NCBI GenBank assembly: GCA_049674665.1
Contig: JBATZM010000032.1
Span: 16,987 to 80,986, forward strand
Source: Terriglobales bacterium
GTDB lineage: Bacteria; Acidobacteriota; Terriglobia; Terriglobales; Acidobacteriaceae
Direction: 5' to 3'
Length of the DNA stretch: 64,000 nucleotides
Positions 17,774 to 24,793 of the stretch are shown piece after piece. Position 1 is the first letter of the stretch; every line of letters begins with the position of its first letter. Below the pieces are notes generated by a model, which saw only the letters and a program-made list of their open reading frames with translations, was not told where the DNA came from and ran no database searches. Position numbers and translations under genes: made by a program.

Positions 17774-19204
17774 ATGTTCCACCAAGGAACTCGACGTCCT
17801 GGCTTATTTGTTCATGATGCTTCCACCGTTCGTGCGTCTATGCTCTCTGTCTCTGTGTCAAGTCTGCCAAGACTAATGATAGCGATTGTCGGAATCGCTC
17901 TTCTAACCAATCCGCACAGCGTGTTCGCGCAGCATGGTGGTGGTGGCGGCGGACGCGGCATGATGAGCACTGGTGCCGGCGGTGTTGTCGGTGGCCGTCC
18001 CGACGGAGTCGACGAGAAAGACAGTCTTAAGGATTTTCACCGCGCCATGGCCTTGCAAGCGACCGCTGAGCAGCGCGCCGCATTCGCCAAGGTCACCCAA
18101 TACACCGAGGCCGCCAGCGATCAGCTCAAAGCTTTTCGTGAGTCTCTACCAAAACCACCGGCTTCTTCATCGCTGTCAGATCGTGCCACCGCTCTCGATG
18201 AGGCCATTGAAAAAGCTCGCGCCAGCAGCAAGAATTTTCTAACTTCGTTTTCTTCCGCCCAAAAGTCCGGATTAAAAGACATCACCAATAAACTGGAAAA
18301 GGCGGATTCCGAGGTCGACAAACAAATAAAGATTCTCGATCCAATCGCCAAGGTCCCCACGCCAGAAATCGAGCAGATCGCAGCGTCCGCCGCCACTCTC
18401 GACAAAGAGTTTGCCGGCTTCCAAAATGAGCAACTGGCGCTTGGCCGGGAAATGAGCATCCTTTTCCCCGCTCCCGGCGAGAACGTCACTTTCAGCCTTC
18501 CCACAGTGACGAACTCAATTAGCGTCGCCGACCAAGCTATCGCCTTCCCGGTATCGGGCGCCCTGTCGCAGACCTCGGCTGCTAATAGCGAGAATCTCTT
18601 CAGTGTCAAAGTAGTTGCCGATCTTTCCGACTTGCAGCAACACACAACCGGTATTCTCCGCTCTCAACTCAACCGCTCTCCCCGTTGCGGCGAGCGCATT
18701 ACCATTCAAGAAGCTACTCTCACTCCTCTGGCGCCCTCTAGCCTGGTGGCGATTCAATTTCACTTCGAGCGCTGGACCTGCCCACTCGGTTCTGGAGGCG
18801 TATCCAGGGAACTTGTCGACGCCGAAGCCGAGGTCGAGATCAAGCTCACTCCGTCAGTCGATCCAAAATCCGGCTTGGGTCTCGTCTCTGAGATAAGCCA
18901 CGTCGAGGCCGAAGGCGCCCTTCGTGACTCTCTGCTCTCCGGCGACCTCGGCGTCATGATGCGCGAACAAACCGCAACAGCACTCGTCTCCGTCCTGCAG
19001 AAAGGAGCAGGCTTCGAAGCGACGCTGCCCACGGCCGCGCACGAATCCGCCAGTCTTCAGAAAGCGCAATTCGAGGATACCGGAGCCGATCAGTTGAGCC
19101 TGATCCTTGACGGTCAGGTACAGTTCTCTGACGAACAAACTAAACAGTTTGCCGCTCAGCTCAAGCAACGGCTATCCGCCCAAGGAACGTCGCCACAGCA
19201 ATAG
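17774..19204 (+). CDS. hypothetical secreted protein (helical N-terminal part, unknown C-terminal domain)
   Basis: 476-aa ORF. Likely signal peptide from M23 (17840): MLSVSVSSLPRLMIAIVGIALLTNPHSVFAQ, followed by a Gly-rich linker. No family recognised. Confidence 0.6.
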   Translation: MFHQGTRRPGLFVHDASTVRASMLSVSVSSLPRLMIAIVGIALLTNPHSVFAQHGGGGGGRGMMSTGAGGVVGGRPDGVDEKDSLKDFHRAMALQATAEQRAAFAKVTQYTEAASDQLKAFRESLPKPPASSSLSDRATALDEAIEKARASSKNFLTSFSSAQKSGLKDITNKLEKADSEVDKQIKILDPIAKVPTPEIEQIAASAATLDKEFAGFQNEQLALGREMSILFPAPGENVTFSLPTVTNSISVADQAIAFPVSGALSQTSAANSENLFSVKVVADLSDLQQHTTGILRSQLNRSPRCGERITIQEATLTPLAPSSLVAIQFHFERWTCPLGSGGVSRELVDAEAEVEIKLTPSVDPKSGLGLVSEISHVEAEGALRDSLLSGDLGVMMREQTATALVSVLQKGAGFEATLPTAAHESASLQKAQFEDTGADQLSLILDGQVQFSDEQTKQFAAQLKQRLSAQGTSPQQ

Positions 19205-19299
19205 ACAAGCAATAGACAAATAGTGAACGCACAAGAGCTGTGCAAAAACAGTCTCCGCAGTCTAGGCCGAGCCATCTTTAATGTTTTTAGCCAAGCTTT

Positions 19300-19314
19300 G
19301 TAAAGTTAGGCAAA
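19300..19314 (+). promoter_or_regulatory. CpxR-box-like direct repeat upstream of the LTXXQ gene
   Basis: GTAAAGTTAGGCAAA = GTAAA-N5-GCAAA, about 90 nt upstream of ATG 19403. Confidence 0.4.
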
Positions 19315-19402
19315 GATTTGTCCTAATGCTGTTCCTCGCGCAACTTCGGGCGCATAATTCCGTTCATAGGTGTAGACAGATCGCTTTGTAAAGGAGATTT
19401 CT

Positions 19403-19879
19403 ATGCTCAAGCAGTGTCTTCTCGTTGTTCTCGCGGCCAGCCTCATCTCGATCGCCGCGCCTTTCGCGGCGGCTCAGGATAGCCAGTCCGCGCCCCCACC
19501 ATCAGCTAACGATCAGCAAGCTCCACCCTCGCAAGGCAACGGCCGCTGGCGTCACGGCCAACCCGATCCCGCCGAGCGGACCAAGGAACTGACCAAGAAA
19601 CTCAACCTCACCGCTGATCAGCAAACCAAGGTGCTAGGCATCTTCCAGTCTGAAAAATCACAAATGGAGAGCCTGCGCCAGGATAGTTCAGTTCCGCAGC
19701 AGGATCGCCGCAGCAAGATGATGGACCTCCGCGAAAGCACCAACTCGCAAGTTCGCGCTGCGCTCGATGCGAACCAGCAGAAGAAATGGGACGAAATGCA
19801 GACCAAGCGCGAAGAGCGAATGCAAAACCATCGTCAGGGCCCACCGGATGGCGGTCAGACTCCTCCGCCGCAGCAGTAG
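19403..19879 (+). CDS. LTXXQ-motif periplasmic protein (Spy/CpxP/ZraP-like)
   Basis: Signal peptide (...PFAAAQ), KKLNLTADQQTKVLGIF (LTxxQ), helical and charge-rich, 158 aa. AAGGAG lies 8 nt upstream of the ATG. Confidence 0.7.
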   Translation: MLKQCLLVVLAASLISIAAPFAAAQDSQSAPPPSANDQQAPPSQGNGRWRHGQPDPAERTKELTKKLNLTADQQTKVLGIFQSEKSQMESLRQDSSVPQQDRRSKMMDLRESTNSQVRAALDANQQKKWDEMQTKREERMQNHRQGPPDGGQTPPPQQ

Positions 19880-19924
19880 TGAATGCTGGAGTAAATTAGC
19901 GGTAGGAAGAGGGTTGTGAAACGC

Positions 19925-19977
19925 AAAAAGCCGGTCGCCTTCTCGCGGTGACGAGATGAGAAGCGACCGGCCTTTTT
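19925..19977. terminator. bidirectional rho-independent terminator
   Basis: AAAAAGCCGGTCGCCTTCTC...GAGAAGCGACCGGCCTTTTT: a 14-bp stem with one bulge, flanked by A5 and T5, between convergent genes. Confidence 0.8.
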
Positions 19978-20003
19978 GCAATTTATTTTTTGAGAGCAGA
20001 GCT

Positions 20004-21017
20004 TCAGCTCTTATCTTTCCCTACTCCGATTCGACCCGCGTGATTTGCAATCTCGGCCAGAATAGCCAGCCCAAGCTCCAACGCTCTTCGCCCATCCTCC
20101 AGCGACACCACCGGACGCGACCTCTCCCGCACCGCACGCAGAAACGCTTTGATCTCCGCCAGCAGCGGTTCTTCCGCCGTGATCGTCGGCTTCGCCATTC
20201 GGATCTGCGGATTCACGCTCGGCTGGGTGCCCCATTCATCCACGTTTTTTGCGAATGAGTGGGCGGCTTCGGCCGCACTTCCCACCGAGAACACCAGCAC
20301 ATCCTGCCGCCCATAATCGATCGAAATATATTGCCCTGCCTGGAAAAACCGCAGCTTACGCACCCGCTCCGTCGAAACGCGGCTGGCGGTAAAATTGGCC
20401 ACGCAGCCCGATTCAAACTCGATGCGCACATTCGCGATATCCACCTTGTCTGAAAGAATCGGGAGTCCCACTGCCCGAATTTCTTTCACCTTCGACTTCA
20501 CGAACGTCAGCACCACATCGAGGTCGTGAATCATCAGGTCCAACACCACGTCCACATCAAGTGCCCGCGGAGAAAACACGCTTAGTCGATGCACTTCAAA
20601 AAACATTGGCCGGTTAATCAGCGGCAGCGTAGCCCGCACCGCCGGATTAAAGCGTTCTAGATGCCCAACTTGGACCACTCGCTTGTGCGCGGATGCCAGG
20701 CGAATCAATTCATCCGCCTCGCCGAGCGTCGCCGTCATCGGCTTTTCGATCAGCACGTCAACCCCGGCTTCCATCAGAGCGCGCGCAGCCTCCAGATGTA
20801 AAACAGTAGGCACCGCAACCGAAGCCGCCTGCACTTCGCTATGCGTGGTCAGCATTTGCTCGACCGAACCAAACGCTTTGCAGCTGAACTCTCGCGCGAT
20901 CGCGTCAGCCCGCACCGTATCTGGATCGACCACTCCCACCAGCCGCACGCTTCCCGCTTGCTGCAGCCGTTGATAGACACGCGCATGATTGCGCCCGAAA
21001 GCGCCGACGCCAATCAC
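20004..21017 (-). CDS. Gfo/Idh/MocA family NAD-dependent oxidoreductase (lipid A cluster-associated)
   Basis: VIGVGAFGRNHARVY (Rossmann GxGxxG) and AGVDVLIEKPM. GTG 21017 would remove most of strand beta-1. The frame stays open to 21104, and CTG 21077 is preceded by GGAG at a 7-nt spacing (see findings). Confidence 0.85.
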   Translation of the reverse strand: MIGVGAFGRNHARVYQRLQQAGSVRLVGVVDPDTVRADAIAREFSCKAFGSVEQMLTTHSEVQAASVAVPTVLHLEAARALMEAGVDVLIEKPMTATLGEADELIRLASAHKRVVQVGHLERFNPAVRATLPLINRPMFFEVHRLSVFSPRALDVDVVLDLMIHDLDVVLTFVKSKVKEIRAVGLPILSDKVDIANVRIEFESGCVANFTASRVSTERVRKLRFFQAGQYISIDYGRQDVLVFSVGSAAEAAHSFAKNVDEWGTQPSVNPQIRMAKPTITAEEPLLAEIKAFLRAVRERSRPVVSLEDGRRALELGLAILAEIANHAGRIGVGKDKS

Positions 21018-21025
21018 CGCAACAT

Positions 21026-21060
21026 TGATTGGAGATACAGTGATTGGAGATACAGTGATC
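21026..21060 (+). repeat. perfect 15-bp tandem duplication plus a partial third unit
   Basis: TGATTGGAGATACAG x2 + TGATC. On the gene strand it encodes ITVSP-ITVSP-I. Confidence 0.9.
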
Positions 21061-21170
21061 GGAAATTCGTTACTCAGATAAGTGCTCCACTACGAAGAAA
21101 CAACGCGCTATTGTCGCAGTTTCAGACCCAGATAGGAAAGCGCAAAACCAGAAACCGTCTTTTTAACGCT

Positions 21171-21234
21171 GTCATCCTGAGCGGAGCCGGGCCATGCGCG
21201 AAGCGAATGGCTCGGCGGAGTCGAAGGACCCCAT
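21171..21234 (+). repeat. family B repeat, long form
   Basis: GTCATCCTGAGCGGAGCCGGGCCATGCGCGAAGCGAATGGCTCGGCGGAGTCGAAGGACCCCAT. Confidence 0.9.
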
Positions 21235-21315
21235 ATGTTCTCCTCACCAGTGCCGTCGCAGGGAATTCTTACTCCGCTGTCGGTTGTCTACAAGCACGTG
21301 CTGCAGTCAAACTCT

Positions 21316-21783
21316 TCACATCTTCTTTTTCAGCAGCGCGATCTGCCCCGCATGATACAGCTCGTGCTGCACCACACCATGAAGCATGTAGTAGAAGGTG
21401 TAATGTGCGCCCTCTTTGCCGGGAACAATGTCATCCAGTCGCGAATCCGGAAGAGCAGCAACGGCCGCTATCAGTTTCTCGTGGACACGCCTCACCTCTG
21501 CCCGCACCTTGCGCCATGCAGTCTCGCTTGCGTCCGTAACCGCCGGAAAATTTTCCTCATCGGAGAGAGTCACAGCAACTCCGCCCAACCGCCGCAGCAC
21601 CGCACCGTCCCACGCCGCAATGTGCAACATCAACTCCCAGATCGTATGGGCATGCTTAATCGGACGCGCCGCTGCCTGCTCCGCTGTAACGCCCTCCAGA
21701 ATTTCAACCACAGAATCGCCATGCCACGCATCTCCATCAAACGCGCGGCGAAGTTGGTCGGCAATGCGTGCTGTTTCAGACAT
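21316..21783 (-). CDS. DinB family protein
   Basis: IWELMLHIAAWD...HELYHAGQIALLKK, with the histidine triad pattern of the DinB/YfiT four-helix bundle. Confidence 0.8.
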   Translation of the reverse strand: MSETARIADQLRRAFDGDAWHGDSVVEILEGVTAEQAAARPIKHAHTIWELMLHIAAWDGAVLRRLGGVAVTLSDEENFPAVTDASETAWRKVRAEVRRVHEKLIAAVAALPDSRLDDIVPGKEGAHYTFYYMLHGVVQHELYHAGQIALLKKKM

Positions 21784-21806
21784 TCAGTACTCCTGATCAA
21801 ACCAGC

Positions 21807-22496
21807 CTATTCCGCGCACACTGCAATTCCCGCTGCATCCGCCGCTCGTATGATCTCATCGCCGTCCAGCAACAGACATCGCCCCGCGTCCACCGCCAGA
21901 CAACTCGCCCCTGCCCGCGTCATGGTCTCAATCGTCTTCACCCCAATCACCGGAACATCAAAGCGCATATCCTGTCCCGGCTTTGCAACTTTCACCACCG
22001 TGAGCGCGCGGCTCAGCGTCGAAGCTCCACCCTTCAATTCCGATTCTGATTCTTGTTTCAACGACTGCATCAGCACCCCTGCGCGCTCGATAGTCGCATC
22101 GGTCCCTTCCATCGCCTCAACCGCCACGCATGCAGCTTCCGCAATCACCACGGTTTGTCCAATGTCATGCTCCGCCAGCCGCCGCGCGACCGTGCGTCCA
22201 TACTCGATGTTTTTGCGCTCCTGCTCGCTAGGAGCGCGTTTGCTGAGCACGCCAGATTTTGCCAGCAGCGGTTCGAGCAGTGCAGTCGAGCTTTCAAGTT
22301 TGATGCCTTCGTCCGCGAGCACTTTCGCGACTGCGCCCAGCAGCGAGTCCGTGTTGCGAATGCCGAGCGAGAGCAGCAGCTTTGCCAACCGCCAGTCCGG
22401 CTTGATAGCGGAAAAAATCTGTTTATGCTTGACCTGCCCCGCCATTACCGCGCGAGTGACACCCGCAGCTTTAAAAGTGTCGATAAGCTTCGACAA
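21807..22496 (-). CDS. lpxI: UDP-2,3-diacylglucosamine diphosphatase LpxI (DUF1009), portion downstream of an in-frame stop
   Basis: AVMAGQVKHKQIF, DIGQTVVIAEAACVAVEAMEGTDATIERAG, VVKVAKPGQDMRFDVPVIGVKTIETM. The first canonical start after the TAA at 22533-22535 is TTG 22496. Confidence 0.85.
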   Translation of the reverse strand: MSKLIDTFKAAGVTRAVMAGQVKHKQIFSAIKPDWRLAKLLLSLGIRNTDSLLGAVAKVLADEGIKLESSTALLEPLLAKSGVLSKRAPSEQERKNIEYGRTVARRLAEHDIGQTVVIAEAACVAVEAMEGTDATIERAGVLMQSLKQESESELKGGASTLSRALTVVKVAKPGQDMRFDVPVIGVKTIETMTRAGASCLAVDAGRCLLLDGDEIIRAADAAGIAVCAE

Positions 22497-22532
22497 CTCG
22501 CCCAGAGAAAACCAGTGAACGGAAGCGGCGCC

Positions 22533-22661
22533 TTACGATTCAATCTCAGGAAAAGCCTCTTCCTTAATAGCCGCGACAACCACGTCAAAACCCTGAGCCC
22601 GAGCCGCATCCAGCACAAGAAAAGGGAACTTGCCATTACCCGCGATAAGGCCGAGTTTCAT
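22533..22661 (-). pseudogene. lpxI: lpxI 5' fragment (42 codons) ending at an in-frame TAA
   Basis: Own translation from ATG 22661: MKLGLIAGNGKFPFLVLDAARAQGFDVVVAAIKEEAFPEIES-TAA. It then continues in the same frame as GAASVHWFSLGELSKLIDTFKAAGVTRAVMAGQ. This is the normal LpxI N-terminus. Confidence 0.8.
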
Positions 22662-22666
22662 AAGCT

Positions 22667-23117
22667 GTGGTCGGTGGTCAGTGGTCGGTGGCCAGTTCTT
22701 AACGGCAAGATTTGTCCAGGGATTTTATCAAGCCATTTAGTATCCGGCCCAATTCAGCCGATTGCCCGATAAGTACTTCCATTGTTTTGTGATCCAAATA
22801 CTCTAATCGCTCCGATAGCAAGATCTGCGTTTCCGTTTCCAGCAATGATCCACGAGCATGCCCCAGAAATTGGCGGAACTCGCCGGTAGTCTGCCGCCCT
22901 TGACCTTCTGCAATGTTACTCGGTATAGAAACCGCAGCGCGACGAAGTTGGCTAGTAATCCCGTACATCTCCTCTTTCGGAAACGCGCGAGTAGCACTAT
23001 AAACCGTAGTAACAAAGTCCATAGCCTTTTGCCACGCAATAAGTTGCCGATATGACTGTACAGGCATAATCAACATCTTAGGCTTTAACTGCCCACCGAC
23101 CACTGCCCACTAGCCAC
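22667..23117 (-). mobile_element. candidate IVS-like cassette: four-helix-bundle gene bounded by 30-bp inverted heptad-repeat arms
   Basis: Left arm 22667-22696 is GTGGTCGGTGGTCAGTGGTCGGTGGCCAGT. The reverse complement of the right arm 23088-23117 is GTGGCTAGTGGGCAGTGGTCGGTGGGCAGT (25/30 identical). The cassette sits exactly between lpxI and lpxA. Confidence 0.45.
22699..23067 (-). CDS. four-helix-bundle protein (TIGR02436 family, formerly annotated as 23S rRNA intervening-sequence protein)
   Basis: YRQLIAWQKAMDFV...SQLRRAAVSIPSNIAEGQGRQTTGEFRQFLGHARGSLLETETQILL. Start set to ATG 23067 (MPVQSY). Confidence 0.88.
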   Translation of the reverse strand: MPVQSYRQLIAWQKAMDFVTTVYSATRAFPKEEMYGITSQLRRAAVSIPSNIAEGQGRQTTGEFRQFLGHARGSLLETETQILLSERLEYLDHKTMEVLIGQSAELGRILNGLIKSLDKSCR

Positions 23118-23119
23118 TG

Positions 23120-23911
23120 TTACTTAATCACTCCGCGTTCCGAAGCCTCAATAAATCGGATGAGCATCTCTACGTCCTCACCAATATCCGATTCCGCCTT
23201 CAGTTTCTCAAGCGCCTGCGAAGTGTTCAGTTTCGAAGCCAGCAACACCCGATACGCATGATGAATCTTCCGAATCCGCGCTTTCGTGAATCCCCGTCGC
23301 TCCAATCCCACCGCATTTAATCCATAAGCCCGGGTCCCGCGCTCGGCGGATGTCTTAGAAAATGGCAGCACATCGCGCGTGATGGTGGTACCGCCGCCGA
23401 TGAATGCATGCGTGCCGATGCGCACGAAATGATGCACCGGACACAACGCCCCAACCGTCGCCCAGTCTTCCACCGTAACGTGGCCGCCAAGCGTAGCCGC
23501 ATTCGCCATGATGACGTGACTTCCGATCTGGCAATCGTGCGCAATGTGCGTGTAAGCCATGATCAGGTTGTGATCGCCGACTCGCGTGCATCCTCCGCCC
23601 TTCACCGTGCCGCGGTTGATGGTGACAAACTCGCGAATCTCGTTATGGTCGCCGATCTCCAGCCGAGTCGGTTCGCCCGCATAAGTGATGTCCTGCGGAC
23701 CCATGCCAATCGAAGTGAAAGGGGAAAAGCGGTTGTTCGCCCCAATTCTCGTCGGCCCTTCAATCGCAACGTGCGATGCCAAACGGCAATCGGCACCGAT
23801 CTCCACCTCGGGCCCGATCACACAATAAGGCCCAATCTCGCACGATGAATGTACTTTGCTTTTCGGATCAATGATCGCCGTGGGATGGATCGCCGTAGGA
23901 TGAATGGACAT
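23120..23911 (-). CDS. lpxA: acyl-ACP--UDP-N-acetylglucosamine O-acyltransferase
   Basis: IHPTAIIDPKSKVHSSCEIGPYCVIGPEVEIG hexapeptide repeats and IMAYTHIAHDCQIG. ATG 23911 has GGAAGAG 11 nt upstream. The N-terminus carries a duplicated IHPTA pentapeptide. Confidence 0.95.
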   Translation of the reverse strand: MSIHPTAIHPTAIIDPKSKVHSSCEIGPYCVIGPEVEIGADCRLASHVAIEGPTRIGANNRFSPFTSIGMGPQDITYAGEPTRLEIGDHNEIREFVTINRGTVKGGGCTRVGDHNLIMAYTHIAHDCQIGSHVIMANAATLGGHVTVEDWATVGALCPVHHFVRIGTHAFIGGGTTITRDVLPFSKTSAERGTRAYGLNAVGLERRGFTKARIRKIHHAYRVLLASKLNTSQALEKLKAESDIGEDVEMLIRFIEASERGVIK

Positions 23912-23932
23912 TGTCAAATCGCTCTTCCCGTG

Positions 23933-23994
23933 TCATCCTGAGCGGAGTAACTGTTTCGCGGAACGCGAAGCAATTGCGAAGTCGAAGGACCCCT
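23933..23994 (+). repeat. family B repeat, long form, between fabZ and lpxA
   Basis: GTCATCCTGAGCGGAGTAACTGTTTCGCGGAACGCGAAGCAATTGCGAAGTCGAAGGACCCC. Confidence 0.9.
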
Positions 23995-24064
23995 ACTCAT
24001 TCCCAATCTCCCGCGTTGCCGCAGGGAGTTCTTACCATGGACCATGACTTCGTGGGATGCAAAC

Positions 24065-24586
24065 TTACGCTTCCTCGACCGCAACATCGGCTCCCGCGCT
24101 CATCGCACGCGGCACCAGCCGGCAAGTCACCGTAGCCTCGGCCGCCACTTTACCGTCCACATACGCCTTGCCTTCCAGACGAGCCGCCGTAATGCGCCAC
24201 GCCTTCACCACCACTTCAATCCGCAACTGATCTCCCGGAACCACTGGACGCCGAAATCGCGCCTTCTCGATTCCCGTGAACACCATCAACATCTCGTCCC
24301 GGTTCGGAACCTCCGTCAGCAGCAGCAATCCGCCCGCCTGCGCGATCGCTTCCACAATCAGCACGCCCGGCATAATCGGCTTATCGGGAAAATGTCCCTG
24401 AAAAAAAGGCTCGGTGATGGTCACGTTCTTCAACGCGACAATACTCTTCATGCGCACCAGTTCAATCACCCGGTCAATCAAAAGAAACGGATAGCGATGC
24501 GGCAGAATCTTGAGAATATCGCCAATATCCATTGCCGTTTTCACCGGCTCCGGCTCATAAGTCGCAGTGTGTGTTGTGTCAGTCAT
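24065..24586 (-). CDS. fabZ: 3-hydroxyacyl-ACP dehydratase
   Basis: ILPHRYPFLLIDRVIEL and FFQGHFPDKPIMPGVLIVEAIAQ. Start set to ATG 24586 (MTDTTH). Confidence 0.95.
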   Translation of the reverse strand: MTDTTHTATYEPEPVKTAMDIGDILKILPHRYPFLLIDRVIELVRMKSIVALKNVTITEPFFQGHFPDKPIMPGVLIVEAIAQAGGLLLLTEVPNRDEMLMVFTGIEKARFRRPVVPGDQLRIEVVVKAWRITAARLEGKAYVDGKVAAEATVTCRLVPRAMSAGADVAVEEA

Positions 24587-24668
24587 CTCAATTCCAGCCA
24601 AGGCGAAGATTATACTGTAGCGCACGCTTTGCCCGACAAAGTTCCTAATGCAAAACTATTCCATCATT

Positions 24669-24699
24669 GTCATCCTGAGCGGAGCGAAGGACCTCATGC
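24669..24699 (+). repeat. family B repeat, short form
   Basis: GTCATCCTGAGCGGAGCGAAGGACCTCATGC. Confidence 0.9.
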
Positions 24700-24710
24700 A
24701 CCACCGAGCT

Positions 24711-24757
24711 GTCATCCGGACCGAAGCGCAGGCGAAGCCAAGCGCAGTGGAGGGACC
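24711..24757 (+). repeat. family B repeat, divergent long form
   Basis: GTCATCCGGACCGAAGCGCAGGCGAAGCCAAGCGCAGTGGAGGGACC. Confidence 0.75.
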
Positions 24758-24793
24758 TTGTGTTTCCCTCGCGCCACCACACCGAAAGGACCT

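Noticed and set aside
21235-22518. 427-aa ORF on the + strand
   Set aside because: It is antisense to the DinB and lpxI genes. The composition is Ser/Arg/Ala-rich with no motifs.
24044-24793. 5' extension of the amidohydrolase ORF (the track gives 939 aa)
   Set aside because: This part is antisense to fabZ and then crosses two family B repeats (CHPERSEGPHAPPSCHPDRSAGEAK). A proper signal peptide starts at ATG 24794.
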